DNA of 55,490 nucleotides from IMG/VR virus record IMGVR_UViG_2872185964_000005, one strand, 5' to 3'. Positions 1 to 13,781 of the stretch are shown in pieces; the first letter of the stretch is position 1; each line of letters begins with the position of its first letter. A program made the position numbers and the translations under genes. Origin of the DNA: a virus (Duplodnaviria; Heunggongvirae; Uroviricota; Caudoviricetes). The notes under the pieces are model-generated. The model saw nothing but the letters and a program-made list of their open reading frames with translations, ran no database searches and was not told the origin of the DNA.

Positions 1-2390
<2,390 letters not shown>

Positions 2391-2410
<20 letters not shown>

Positions 2411-2854
2411 ATCTCACACCTCCCGGAATCCCCGCTGAAGCCATCATTAATGCGGCATCATCCACCATGACATCCGCCACATCCGCAGACGATAAAATAT
2501 CGCGCCCTCCGTCCCCACCGAACCGGACGCCTCCGGCAAGTCCTGCCGCTTTCTGCATCAGCATTTTGTCCTCATCCGGCCTCTCCACCTGCTCTTCCTC
2601 ATGCCGGGGACAAGCAGACTGAAATCAGAGGGATGCATATCCGGATCGCAAAAAAACAGGCTGAGTACAGCGTACGTCAGCCCGGAAAAATGCATATCCA
2701 GCTGGGTATCCTGAAAATAATGCGTGCGGTAAAAACGGTGCCAGTCGGCATATTCGGTGGATGTCATCCCGGCAAGCATGGCGCGCCAGTCGAGTCTCCC
2801 CATCTCACGCGCCAGTCTGAGGGCAAAGTTCAGCTCGCCGTCGAAGACTTTCCC
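2391..2854 (-). CDS. T: gpT portion of the G-T fusion, reached by programmed -1 frameshift; carries one additional apparent frameshift near 2590
   Basis: ORFs 2558-2803 and 2391-2588 match lambda GT C-terminal sequence (WRAMLAGM..., LMQKAAGLAGGVRFG). Confidence 0.7.
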
Positions 2855-3261
2855 GCAGAAAAATCATCATCAGTCAGCGTGTTATTTTTCGCCACTTCAG
2901 TAATATCAGTATCCGGACGAACAGCTTCGATCATCCCGGACAGGCACAACACCACGTCTTCCGCCCGGGCAATGGCATCGGCAGGCCAGGTGGTGAGCAC
3001 TTCCTGCTCTATCTTCATCACGGCCTCATTCATTGACGGTGACTGCGTTTTCTGTGGATGGTTATGCCACAGGGACATCGCCACCAGAAACGCGCCGGTT
3101 CTGACGAGATCTTCCACGCTTACCTGCAGGTTGCCGCAGGATTCTGCCTGTTCTGCACGCCGTTTCAGGAGGGCAAGATGCTCGATACGCTGCAGCGCAG
3201 ACAATTCGGAAAGCGTGACAGACACACCGTTATATTCAAATTGTTCTGTTTTCAGAAACAT
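2830..3261 (-). CDS. G: Tail assembly chaperone gpG
   Basis: 143-aa ORF MFLKTEQFEYNGVSVTLSELSALQRIEHLAL... is near-identical to lambda G. Confidence 0.9.
   Translation of the reverse strand: MFLKTEQFEYNGVSVTLSELSALQRIEHLALLKRRAEQAESCGNLQVSVEDLVRTGAFLVAMSLWHNHPQKTQSPSMNEAVMKIEQEVLTTWPADAIARAEDVVLCLSGMIEAVRPDTDITEVAKNNTLTDDDFSAGKSSTAS
2848..2854 (-). promoter_or_regulatory. GGGAAAG slippery heptamer for the G/GT -1 ribosomal frameshift
   Basis: Minus-strand GGGAAAG sits in the last codons of G (..SAGKSSTAS), the same position as in lambda. Confidence 0.7.
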
Positions 3262-3274
3262 GTATTACCTCCGT

Positions 3275-4027
3275 TTACCCTGCAGCGCCCGCTTCAGTAA
3301 CGGTGACTTCAGCCACTGCGGCGAACTGACCATTTCCGCTCACCACAGGGATCTGCACCTTACCTGTCGCCACGCCGTTTACCGTAATTGTCATATCTTT
3401 CACACTAATGGTGGCTTTCGACGGATCGGCGGAAACCGCTCTGAACGTCTTGTCGGTTGCACTTTCCGGCTCAAAAGAAACCGTCAGGGTGGTTGTTTTC
3501 CCTTTTGCCACCGTACCGGATGTCGGCGTCACCTTAATCGCACTGACCGGCGTAATTTTGCTGCGTTCTTCCGCTACAGAAGGTTTACCCACGTTAGTGA
3601 CTTTCACCGTGCGGGTGATCACTTCTTTCGCCGTCACGGCCTTACCGATACTGCTGACCCAGCCACGAAACACATCCACCGTGCCATTCGGAAAACGGAT
3701 TTTATAGGCCCGGACATCGCCGCTTTCAAACCAGCCTATAAGCCCTTTCTGGCCTTCCTCTCCCGGTTTCCAGGCCAGCGTAAAACTGGTATCACCTGCA
3801 GATTTCTGCCCCTGCCCGGTCGCGGTCCAGTCCGCGTCTTCATCATCCAGGTAGTTATCATCGTAGGATTCTGCCGTCATCTCGCCCGGCGTCAGATCCT
3901 TCACCTTAGCCAGTCGCTGCCAGTCATCGTCTGACAACGGGTTTGCATAAGCATCACCCTTGCCGTTGTAAACCCACAGAGTGGTACCGGCACCTTTTAC
4001 CGGCTCAAGGGGATTTGGTGTTGCCAT
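3275..4027 (-). CDS. V: Major tail protein gpV with C-terminal Ig-like domain
   Basis: 250-aa ORF ...[39 protein letters not shown]... matches lambda V. Confidence 0.9.
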   Translation of the reverse strand: MATPNPLEPVKGAGTTLWVYNGKGDAYANPLSDDDWQRLAKVKDLTPGEMTAESYDDNYLDDEDADWTATGQGQKSAGDTSFTLAWKPGEEGQKGLIGWFESGDVRAYKIRFPNGTVDVFRGWVSSIGKAVTAKEVITRTVKVTNVGKPSVAEERSKITPVSAIKVTPTSGTVAKGKTTTLTVSFEPESATDKTFRAVSADPSKATISVKDMTITVNGVATGKVQIPVVSGNGQFAAVAEVTVTEAGAAG

Positions 4028-4034
4028 ATCGTCC

Positions 4035-4429
4035 TCACATCTCGTATGTAATGGAATAAGTCAGATCTGCAGAACTCCATAACGCCATATCGTCATCACG
4101 ACGATACTCATAGCCCTGCGTAACCATCGTGGTAATCAGTCCTGCCAGTGCCGGGATCGCGGTCATCGCCGGGTAAATCCGGCTTTCCATCCACTGATCA
4201 AGCTCTGAATCCGGTACCTGTGCCGGTAAAAACACCTCAATATGCAGCGTGGCCCGCCAGGTATCTGCATCCAGCTCTTCACCGGTATACTCTGCATCCG
4301 TCAGATAAACCGCGATCGCAGGAAAATCCTCTTCGTCAAAAACAACGGGCGACCATCAAACAGCGTCGCCCCGTGTTCATGCTGCTCGAGCGCATCCAGC
4401 ACTGCGGCACGAATGTCAGTGTGTTTCAT
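4035..4429 (-). CDS. U: Tail terminator gpU, apparent frameshift at a C-run near 4330
   Basis: N-terminal [17 protein letters not shown]... and C-terminal [22 protein letters not shown]...ITYEM match lambda U in two frames; ATGA overlap with Z. Confidence 0.8.
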
Positions 4430-4959
4430 CGTTTTATTGCAATCCTCAGTTGTTGTTTCAGCGCGTATGCCAGTTCTTTAGGCAGGCGTTCACGCCGGAT
4501 ACGGTCAACATTCTCATCAAATGCCTGTTTCAGTGGGGCCGCCATCGGGATTTTCACCACATCAATGGGGTAACGGTTTTTCCCGGCCACACGCTGCATG
4601 ACATGCCAGCGACCATTTTTTAATCGCTGAATAAATGCCCGCTGATACCGATGCTGACCGGCTTTAAGTATGCTGTTCGGGCGACGCCCCAGCATCCTGA
4701 TCCCCAGCTTAATCACAGGGAGATCACCGCGGTTAACGATAATTTTGGCATTCGGATTTCTGACCGTCGCCCGTTTCAGTCTGGACCGTTCCTTAACCAG
4801 TTTCCGGCGAACCTTTGTCTCCCGGGCAACCTGTGATGAAGACTGATTAATCGCCGTTGTGGCCACGCGGTTAATGGCCATTGCTGAAGCCGCCGGAATG
4901 GCGTTTTTACGAACCCGGCTCAGATTGTCAATCGCCTGATCAAGCCCTTTTATCGCCAT
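4426..4959 (-). CDS. Z: Tail completion protein gpZ
   Basis: 177-aa ORF MAIKGLDQAIDNLSRVRKNAIPAASAMAINRVA... matches lambda Z. Confidence 0.9.
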   Translation of the reverse strand: MAIKGLDQAIDNLSRVRKNAIPAASAMAINRVATTAINQSSSQVARETKVRRKLVKERSRLKRATVRNPNAKIIVNRGDLPVIKLGIRMLGRRPNSILKAGQHRYQRAFIQRLKNGRWHVMQRVAGKNRYPIDVVKIPMAAPLKQAFDENVDRIRRERLPKELAYALKQQLRIAIKR

Positions 4960-4974
4960 AATTTCACCCTGCGT

Positions 4975-5328
4975 TTATCGTCGCCGGTTAACTGCGGGTG
5001 GTTGACCACGGTTGAGCCAGAGATAACAGCTGCCCCCGTCATCCGGAGAAACACGATCCACCCAGAATATCTCACCATTAATGGTCAGCGTGTCACCACG
5101 CCGCACGGCACGAACCGTATCCGTCCGCACAAATAATGACGGGCTACTTCCTTCAATACGGACCCCGCCACCGGTAAACCCCAGCGACTCCGGATCATCA
5201 AAAACCCCCTGAACTTCGCTGCCACACTGTGCCCCCGAGGTGAACTGCGCACAGAGCCCCATCACTTCAACGATCGTACTGTCTACCCCGGCGAGGGCAG
5301 CATCAAAGGCATTCTGAAAATCACGCAT
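4975..5328 (-). CDS. FII: Head-tail joining protein gpFII
   Basis: 117-aa ORF ending ...FWVDRVSPDDGGSCYLWLNRGQPPAVNRRR, near-identical to the lambda FII C-terminus. Confidence 0.9.
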   Translation of the reverse strand: MRDFQNAFDAALAGVDSTIVEVMGLCAQFTSGAQCGSEVQGVFDDPESLGFTGGGVRIEGSSPSLFVRTDTVRAVRRGDTLTINGEIFWVDRVSPDDGGSCYLWLNRGQPPAVNRRR

Positions 5329-5704
5329 ATTCAGCCGTTCCGTGCTGTATCATGGCCGTTGCCAGTGATGATGGCACCAGAACACACATACTCCGTAACG
5401 CCAGCTCAACGGGACGACCTGTCTCCGGGCAATACCCCATTACTTGCAGGCACTTCCGTACCCGGACGGCTTTAACATCATCCGGAGCATCCGTGTTGTT
5501 CAACTGCTCACCATCGTCTGTGTGATTTTGATCAGCCCCGCTCTCATCAGAGTGCATAATGCCCTCCGGGGAAACAGCAAGCTCCTCTTCCCACTCAGAC
5601 ACACGTTGAGCAATATCCGCAGCACTCCCCGACATATCCGCCTCGCGCCCCAGCAGGCCAGCCAGTTGACGAAGACGATTCAGATTTTCTTCTTTTGTTG
5701 CCAT
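5321..5704 (-). CDS. gpFI-like DNA packaging/head assembly protein (position-based; weak sequence match)
   Basis: ORF with AGGAGG Shine-Dalgarno before MATKEENLNRLRQLAG..., located between E and FII; acidic central region. Confidence 0.55.
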   Translation of the reverse strand: MATKEENLNRLRQLAGLLGREADMSGSAADIAQRVSEWEEELAVSPEGIMHSDESGADQNHTDDGEQLNNTDAPDDVKAVRVRKCLQVMGYCPETGRPVELALRSMCVLVPSSLATAMIQHGTAEYA

Positions 5705-5755
5705 CTCAGCCTCCTGTGAAAAAAGACACGGGGGCATTTCGCCCCCGCTCACGGA

Positions 5756-6784
5756 TTATTTCACCTGTACCACCACAAACTCATCCGGATCCGGCAGCAC
5801 CATCAGCGGAGCGGACTGCGTCATGGTGAATTCACAGGACGGATCGCCCACGGTCAGCCAGTGTTTCGGGTAACGGGAAGAAGCCACCACTCCTTCAGAC
5901 AACGCCTGTGCATCCTTAATGGCACCATAGCAACGAATCCCCTCTGCCGCCGTATTCCCCAGCACCAGCATGCCCTCCGGCAGATAACGTTTTTCGGTAC
6001 CGTCCTCTGCCACATAAGACGTTTTCGCCACCACAATGGCCAGATCGCCGTAATACCCCTTGAAGGACACCACTGCGCCCAGATCTTTCACTGCCGTTTC
6101 GAGTTGTGAATTTGAGCCGCGACGGGTATCCAGTTTTTCGCGGAACAGCTTAAAGCCATTCAGCAGACGCCAGACCGTACCGTCCATAATGGCGATATTC
6201 ACAAGGCCGCTGGCCTGATCGCAGTAGAGGTCAATATCATGCGTCGGATCAAACGTATCACGGTCCTGCTCAGACCATTTTTTACCGTCAGCCTGCTCAA
6301 TGTTATTTCCTTCAGAGCGCCCGAAATCCACCTCGACAGTATCAAACTGATCCCCTTCCATGGTGTATTTGCCATACAGCACGGCATTCACCGCCTGCAT
6401 TTCTTCCACCTGGACAATGGCGTGCTCTTCCTGTTTGAGGTTATCGGTAATGATACGCAGACGACGGTAGGCCGGGTCGTTCAGCTGAGCCGGATCTTCA
6501 CCAGGAAGGCGCTCAACCGCCTGCTGGTAATTAAATTCGTGTTTCGGCTTGACGTAGCCCGGACGTAACACGCGGGTTTCACCACCGCGATGGCGAAGCA
6601 CTTTTCCTTCAACGATCGGGGAGACATAGGCCGCCACCGGCGTTTTTCCGGTAATTTTGTCCAGCATCACCTCTTCGGTGTGGAAATTCACCGTACGGCG
6701 GAAAAACAGCTCCAGAAACAGCGCACGGAATTTCACTTTTTGTTCGGTATAACCGAGTAACTGGCGGGTCGTAAACAATCCCAT
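5756..6784 (-). CDS. E: Major capsid protein gpE
   Basis: 342-aa ORF with KLDTRRGSNS.LETAVKDLG, MVLGNT, FTM.QSAPLM.L.DPDEFV motifs shared with lambda E. Confidence 0.9.
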   Translation of the reverse strand: MGLFTTRQLLGYTEQKVKFRALFLELFFRRTVNFHTEEVMLDKITGKTPVAAYVSPIVEGKVLRHRGGETRVLRPGYVKPKHEFNYQQAVERLPGEDPAQLNDPAYRRLRIITDNLKQEEHAIVQVEEMQAVNAVLYGKYTMEGDQFDTVEVDFGRSEGNNIEQADGKKWSEQDRDTFDPTHDIDLYCDQASGLVNIAIMDGTVWRLLNGFKLFREKLDTRRGSNSQLETAVKDLGAVVSFKGYYGDLAIVVAKTSYVAEDGTEKRYLPEGMLVLGNTAAEGIRCYGAIKDAQALSEGVVASSRYPKHWLTVGDPSCEFTMTQSAPLMVLPDPDEFVVVQVK

Positions 6785-6841
6785 AAATCAGTTCCTTTCA
6801 TTCAGAAATCAGTCAGGCCACCATGGTGGCCTGATAACGTG

Positions 6842-7189
6842 TTACGGCAGAGCCGCGTGACTCAGGGCTGTGCCGGCAAAGGCATTTGCCTTTTTGTGTT
6901 CATCCACACTGTCAGGCCAGCGGATTGCCTCCGTCGCAAAGGTCCCCGACTTGTAATAGGTCAGCACCGTCTCTGTGCCTTCAAGCGGCAGTACCAGTAT
7001 GCCAACCGCACTACCGGCTTTCTGTCCATCCCAGACCACCAGTTTCCCGGTGGCTTCATCCAGCATCAGGGGCGTCAGAGCCGGTGTTGCAGAAGAAATC
7101 CCGCTGCTGCCTGTGGCGGTATGAGCCGGATCATTACCAGCAAAAATACGTACTTCCGCACGCTGTTCAGTGATGGTTTTCGTCACCAT
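6842..7189 (-). CDS. D: Head decoration protein gpD
   Basis: 115-aa ORF with NDPAHTATG, TPLMLD, KLV.WDG, VGIL, YKSGTF, FAGTA matching lambda D. Confidence 0.9.
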   Translation of the reverse strand: MVTKTITEQRAEVRIFAGNDPAHTATGSSGISSATPALTPLMLDEATGKLVVWDGQKAGSAVGILVLPLEGTETVLTYYKSGTFATEAIRWPDSVDEHKKANAFAGTALSHAALP

Positions 7190-7248
7190 ATTGTTAAAAC
7201 CTCGTATTGATGTTCAGCACTGACTTCATGGCATGGCCATGAGCATTT

Positions 7249-8729
7249 TCACGTCCGCATCACCGTCTTCTGATGCCTGTGACACGCCCCCTGGACCGCA
7301 GCCGGTGAATGGTTCGCCATGAAATGTTCAAACAGGGCGGTTGTGGATGCAGAGACCGGTTCTGCCTTACCTGATCCCGCAGCCAGCACAGCCCGGGCGC
7401 TCTCCACAGTCATTCCCGGGCAGGCAGCCAGCTGTTCAGCCTGCGCCTCAGCCCCTTTTGCCTCATCCAGTGCCATGATCTGATCACGGAGTGATGGTCC
7501 GGCATTCGCCTGCGGTGAAGCAGCCAGGATCGGGCGGGCTTTTTCCACCGTCATCTCCGGCATCGCCGCCAGCGTTGCTGCCAGTTGTTCACGACCGTTC
7601 GCTTCTTCACACGCCATAATGCGATCGGCTTCACTCTGCGCGGATGCCACCGGCTGCTGCGGTGCCGCCGCGGCCAGAATCGCCCGGGCCTGTTCAACGC
7701 TCATGCCCTGTTGCCCTGCCAGCATCGTGGCAAGCTGTTCACGTCCTTTCGCTTCCTGGCATGTCAGGATCCCCATCACTCGCTGGTTCTCCTGCACGGC
7801 GGCTTCCGTTGCAGTTAATTGCGGCATAGTGCCTCCTCTGACATTACTGTTCAGCGCCGTGGCCATCACACTGATGGCATCCGACGCATTGATTAATTCA
7901 TCCGCCAGCCCGGCCTCAATGCCGGACTGACCTTCAAAAACGGCGGCCTCTGTTCCCGTGACCGCATCCACAGACAACCCGGTATACATCGCCACTTTTT
8001 CGGCAAACATCCGGTGCGCCGCATCAATCCGCTGCTGCATATCCTGGCGAACCTCTGCCGGCAACGCTTCAAACTGATTGCCATCCACCTTGTGCGCCCC
8101 GGCATAAATCAGCGTGATATCCACACCGGCCTGCGCCAGATGACCGGCATAGCTGACATGGCTCATCATCACGCCAATGGAGCCGATACGGGATGTCTGG
8201 GTAACCAGCCGTCGGGAGCAGGCCGACGCCAGCAGCATGGCTGCAGAACAGGCCGTGTCATTGCACAGTGCCCAGACCGGCTTCTGCTGACGGAGGCGGT
8301 AAATCATGTCAGCGCAGTCAAACGCGCCGGCGGCCTGCCCGCCCGGACTGTCAATGTCCAGCAGTATGCCCCGCACCTGGCTATCTGCCATTGCCTGCTG
8401 AAGACAGGCGACAATGCCGTCATAGCCAGTCATTCCGGAAAATGGCCGCATCCCCCCAGCCGGTGCACCAGCGTGCCGGTCACCGGCAGTACCGCAATAC
8501 CGTTCACCACCCGGTAAACACGGGCCGGTCGTTTACCTCCGGCCATGTACTCGTCCGTTTCAGCCAGCATTCCGGGAGCATCAAGCTGTACCTGCTGTTG
8601 TGGTACCGAAAGACTTGCTGCGCCCATCTCGCGCCCGAGCGCGCAAAAGAAAACCCGCGCATAGGCGGGCTCCAGAAGCAGCGGTTCATTGAATGCTGCG
8701 GCAATAATGTGTGAAAGATTACGTCTCAC
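7249..8729 (-). CDS. C: Prohead protease/minor capsid gpC with in-frame scaffold (Nu3-like) C-terminal repeats; apparent +1 G-run frameshift near 8445-8455
   Basis: ORF 8430-8729 (AAFNEPLLLEPAYARVFFCAL) and ORF 7249-8451 (FSGMTGYDGIVACLQQA..ILLD.D.PGG) match lambda C; three IMGILTCQEAKGREQLA-type repeats at the C-terminus. Confidence 0.85.
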
Positions 8730-10309
8730 GTGGTGTTGTCTCCTCTTCCGGCCTGCGACTCTCCGCTATCTGCTGCTGATACGCCTGCGCTATCCACACC
8801 GGACGTGAGAGTCCGGCTTTTTCCCGCTCTGCAGATTCCCTGACCTGCTGGCGGAAAATGTCCTGATAATCCTCGCCCATCAGCGCCAGCTCTTTCTCAT
8901 ACGTGCTCAGTCCGGCCTCAATGCGCATCACTGATTCCTGAACCTCCTTGAGCCCGTCAATGGCCATTCTTCCGGCTCCAATCCACTCAGCCCGTGACCA
9001 GGCTGATCGCGCCTGATAAAAATCAAAACGTGCCCGTGGCGGACGAATAATCCCCGAAGAAGTGCCTCTTCCAGCCAGCAGGAAAACATCTGCGTGGCCA
9101 GCCGGGACGCAATAAATTTTCGCCGCCCCATAAAATAGCGCCACGACTCATTGGCGGATGCGCGGGCACTTGAATAACTGACCTTCGAGTAATCACGGGA
9201 CAACTGTTCGTAGGAAACGCCAAGACCGGCGGCGATATACCGCAGCAGCGCCTGTTCAAGCGCCGAAAATCCATTGTCTGAATCCTGCGCGGTCTGAAGT
9301 TTCAGATCATCACCGGGGAAAAGGTGCGGAATTTTGACACCGCCCAGCGTCACGCTATTCGTGTCATACCAGGTGGAGAACTTATCCAGAATATTAATAA
9401 GCGGATTATCCTTCTGCCCCTGCGGCGCACCGGCGATATATTCAAAGGCCTTTTCGGTATCAAGGTCACTTTCAATCGTCGCTGCATACATCGCCTTCAC
9501 TATGGCCGACTGAAGCTGTGTTGCCTGCAGGGAATCGAGCATCTTCAGCCGTTCCATTACGCTGTAAAACTGATTGGCCCCACGGGTCTGCCCGTCCTCC
9601 ACCGGCTCGAAAATATGCAGCATGGCCGGACGCCCGGTGGGAAGTTCACGCGGGATCCGTTCCCATCGTCCACTCCCAGAGAACGGAAAATCATCCTCAC
9701 AGATATGGTACGCAACGGCACGACCATATCGATCGACCTCCACACCGGCCCGCAGAAAACGGTTCCCCATACCGTGTCCTGGCGTGTCCACCCGTTTCGG
9801 ACTCACGGCTTTAAAACGCGTACGAAACAGTTGCGTGCTCTCCGTATCCCAGACCGGCTGCACAAAGATTTCGCCGTTAAACGCATGAACGCCCACACCT
9901 TCACGAATAAATTCCGTAAACGTGCGTTTCTCTTCCACGTCGATCTCGCCAAACATCCCTTCGGCGTATTCCGACCAGGCCGCCTCCACCTCATCGACAA
10001 AACTTTTTGCCGCAGTCTCCCGCATCCCCAGCCAGCGCCAGTTCGGACGGTAGCTGATCAGAAACATATGCCCGACAATATGATCCTTATGCAGGGCCAC
10101 CGCATTGGCCGCTATCCCGTTATTGCGCACCAGATCATCTGCCCGGGCATTCCCCAGACGCAACGCAGGCAGCAGGGCTGCATCGGCACTCTGCGCCGGT
10201 GGCAACCACTCCGCCATTTGCCCACCAAATCCTGCGCCGCCCCGTTGTAGCTGAGACTCTCACGAAGCGGAACGCCGTTCACATCAATCAGGACAGGCGT
10301 TCGTTTCAT
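8719..10309 (-). CDS. B: Portal protein gpB, near-identical to lambda B but with two apparent single-G deletions (about 10220 and about 9060)
   Basis: ORFs 10112-10309, 8928-10217 and 8719-9144 together reproduce lambda B colinearly (MKRTPVLIDVNGVPLRESLSYNG..., MAEWLPPAQSADAALLPALRLGNARADDL...). Confidence 0.9.
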
Positions 10310-10512
10310 AACCTCACTCCCAGCGGACGACGGCGACGTCGGGTTGTCCCCAGTACCGACTCCGCATCATTGATCGCCCGGTTAAGCTCATCCAGAGAAG
10401 CCGCCGTATATTCAATTCTGCGACCATCTTTCTGGACAGACACCACCCGTTTACCGGTTAATAAATCAAGGCGTGCCTGACGCAGCGCCTGTAGTTCAGC
10501 GACTGTAACCAT
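10306..10512 (-). CDS. W: Head-tail connector protein gpW
   Basis: 68-aa ORF with LTGKRVVSVQKDGRRIEYTAASL matching lambda W. Confidence 0.85.
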   Translation of the reverse strand: MVTVAELQALRQARLDLLTGKRVVSVQKDGRRIEYTAASLDELNRAINDAESVLGTTRRRRRPLGVRL

Positions 10513-12429
10513 TCACTCCTCCGGACAGCTTCGCTGCCAGTTCTTTAAGGGTTGGCCGGGTCGTCTCTTCTTCCCGGGATTTTGCCAGTACAGCCAGATC
10601 AAGCTGCCAGCGTTGCACGGACACACGTAATGCCGCGTAGGCATACACCAGGCAGTCCAGCGCTTCGTTACGCCGCTTTTTGTTATCCCACAGCAGACGC
10701 ATCTTTCCTTTTTCCCACTTCTCCACAAGCTCTTCCGCGACCAGTTGCTGCGCCTCTGTCTGCGAAAAAATCTCCGGATCATCAGGAAAACGGATGGCAT
10801 ACGACGTGGCTTCATCCGCAGGCGTGGGATCGGCTTTCATACGGGCATAGAGAATTTCTTTTGCGGTGTCCGTCCCCACTTCACACAGATACACGCCCCG
10901 CTGATTGCGGGTTTTCGGCATGGTGATCACCGGCTTGCCATAGACAGATGCGCCTTTTACCGGCAGCACCCGGAAAACACCGTGTTTTTTTGACCTCTGA
11001 TAGACAATTTCACCATCGATCCCCCCGGTGTCCCAGCAGACACGGGAAATGGTCATTTCGGTTCCGTCTGCATGGCAGTATTTTTTGTTGATCGCCGCAT
11101 CCACACGTAACAGCGTCTCTTCCTCATCGGGACGGCCCATAATGATGATTTTATCCACCAGAAAAGCTTCCTCTCCCGGTGCCCATCCCCAGACATACAT
11201 CTCAAAACGGTTTCGCTGCGAGTCAATGCCCGCCGTCAGATAAACCACCCGGGCAGGTACCGCCGCCGTGTAATGCACGACCTTATCCATCAGTACCTGG
11301 TGATCGAGTTTTTCGCCCACGGCTTCTTCCCAGGTCTCGCCCAGCGTGGTGTTCACAAAGGTTTTCAGGCCGTTGGGATCTTTCAGTGCATCCAGCCAGT
11401 CATAGACTATCTGTACCCAGGTGGTAAACGGACTGTACGCCGTCCAGATATGGAACGTGATGGAGCGCGGCGGCGGAATTTCATTACCCGCAGCGCTGAA
11501 AAACGTCAGACCGTCACGGGTCCACATGCCCGTGTTTTCACAGAACCACCGCCCGTTGCTCTGGTCCAGTTCAGACTGATGGATCACGCAGCCATGATGT
11601 TCACAGAGGTAGAAAACACTTTCGGGACTGTCCTTCTCCCATTTAAGCCCAAAAGGCGTGGACTCATCGCCAAATTTCAGATACTGCTCCTCCCCACAGT
11701 GTGGGCAGGGCACATAAAAACGCATAAAATGCGCCGACTCGTTGGCCGCTTTTTCGATCTGGCAGGTGCCTTTGATTTTAGGCGTCGAGCCGCGAATGGA
11801 TTTGGGCCATACAGAGCCCTCAATACGTTTATCCCCAGCAGGGTTGGCGAACCCTCTTTTTCGACATCCGGTTCGAACGAGGAAAGTTCGTCATAGCAGA
11901 CCACGTCCACGGATTTTTCACGGTAGTTTTTAGCGGCAGCCCCGCCCAGGCACCAGAAGCCCACGCCCGATGAAAAACGTTTCAGCGTGAGGGTATTATC
12001 ACGATGTTTACGACCCAGCCATGGGGAAAGGTCTTTCAGGCATGGCACATCCCGAATCGTCGCCTCCACGTGAGACTTCATAAAATCTTCAGCGGCAGAA
12101 TCCGTGGGCTGAAAAAGCAGACTGTTTCGTGATTTATGCTCAATAAAATACCCGACCACCCCCAGCAACATCTTTGTATAGCCAACACGGGCAGATTTAA
12201 TCAGGTTAACCGTGCGAACCTGGTCGTTACCCATACAGTTCATAATGGCGACCTGGAACGGCAGCGTTTTCCATTCTCCCTCACCATATGAAGATTCTTT
12301 AGGCAGATAATAATTTTGATCAGCCCATTCAACTGGCGTCACCGGCAATGCCCTTATCAGGGGCTGTAATGCTGTTGTGACAGCACTCATCATATTATTC
12401 AGTTGTTGCTCTGATATATTCATCGAGTA
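10496..12429 (-). CDS. A: Terminase large subunit gpA, apparent single-G deletion near 11820
   Basis: ORFs 11677-12459 and 10496-11725 match lambda A (VEWADQNYYLPKESSYGEGEWKTLPFQ.., FYVPCPHCGEEQYLKFGD..., WDTGGID). Confidence 0.9.
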
Positions 12430-12526
12430 AATCCGGTAATTTATCCCCTGCCCGCGCACACTGATTTGCCCCTTCGCAATAAGGGTTTTCAGATGGTCAA
12501 GATGGCGTGGTGTTAAATCAGGAAAC
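12430..12526 (-). pseudogene. Nu1: Terminase small subunit Nu1, C-terminal fragment, separated from its N-terminal part by IS insertion and inversion
   Basis: Translation FPDLTPRHLDHLKTLIAKGQ continues the Nu1 sequence that stops at 18569 (..LSMQRQFP); shared 8-bp GTTTCCTG duplication. Confidence 0.7.
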
Positions 12527-12656
12527 GTAAGGCAGTATGACTTTCCGTGAGACAGATGCTGGCCAACGTGGGATATTTAACGCGGGTTAACATCGTTGTC
12601 AGAGCCGCATGGGTGAGCTGTTGCTACACCCCGGTATTTCCACCACGGAGGCCAGC

Positions 12657-13781
12657 ATGAACAACAATAACACATTGTACGTCGGGTTAGATGTTCACAA
12701 AGAATCGATTACTGTCGCTTATGCTATCAATTCAGAACCTGTTGAACTGATGGGTAAAATTGGCACATCACCTACTGATATTCAGAATCTTTGTAAACGT
12801 CTCAGGTCAAAGTCATCGCAGGTCAGTATCGTTTATGAAGCGGGGCCCTGTGGTTATGGACTTTATCGTCGGCTGGTGAAATCCGGTTTTGACTGCATGG
12901 TCTGCGCCCCCTCACTTATCCCGAAAAAACCGGGGGAGCGGGTTAAAACCGATCGCCGTGATGCCATCAGACTTGTGCGTTCACTGCGTGCAGGAGATCT
13001 TTCTGCTGTCTACGTACCCGGCATTGAAGATGAGGCATTCCGGGATTTGGCCGGGCATGGGCATCTGCCCGCGATGATTTACGGCATGCAAGGCAACGTC
13101 TGAAATCGTTTCTTCTGGTTCATGGGTCCATTATGTCGGGCGAGCAGATTGGGGCCCTGCACACCGACGCTGGCTCAGCAAATACTCATTCGAAAGTCCC
13201 TGGCGACAATTAGCTTTTGACGAACACCGTCGTACAATAGAAGACCGGCAGGCACAATGTGAACGGCTGGAATCCGCCCTGAAGGAGGCCGTTACCGAAT
13301 GGAGGCTGTATCCGGTAGTAGAGGCGCTGCAAGCCATGCGAGGGATTCAGTTTATTACTGCGGTTGGATTAATTTCTGAACTGGGTGATCTGACCCGTTT
13401 TGAACATCCACGACAACTGATGTCATGGTTTGGTATCACGCCATCAGAATATTCATCGGGTGGAAGCAGACATCAGGCAGCATTACCAAAGCCGGAAACA
13501 GCTATGCCAGAAAGCTATTGGTCGAGGCAGCGTGGAGTTACCGTCATCCGGCACGCATCAGTCCGGCAATACAAAAAAGGCAGGAAAATTTACCCCGCCC
13601 CGTCATTGACAGAGCATGGGATGCTCAACTCAGGCTTTGTAAGAGGTATCGAAAACTTCAGGCCAAAGGAAAGAATGTCAATATTACAATTGTTGCTGTT
13701 GCACGTGAGCTGGCGGGTTTTATCTGGGATATGGGCCGAATAGCAATGTCTGTCGCACAACAACCACAATGTCACAAATAA
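12657..13781 (+). CDS. IS110-family transposase/recombinase, copy with two apparent homopolymer frameshifts
   Basis: MNNNNTLYVGLDVHKESITVAYA... (DEDD/RuvC-like start typical of IS110 family); identical to the intact 22602-23729 copy except for homopolymer lengths. Confidence 0.8.

Noticed and set aside
2633-3934. 433-aa plus-strand ORF
   Set aside because: Lies antisense across gpG and gpV, which have strong lambda homology on the minus strand; no ribosome-binding site or recognisable domains
9324-10250. 308-aa plus-strand ORF
   Set aside because: Antisense to the portal gene B; long open frame is a by-product of GC-rich codon usage on the opposite strand
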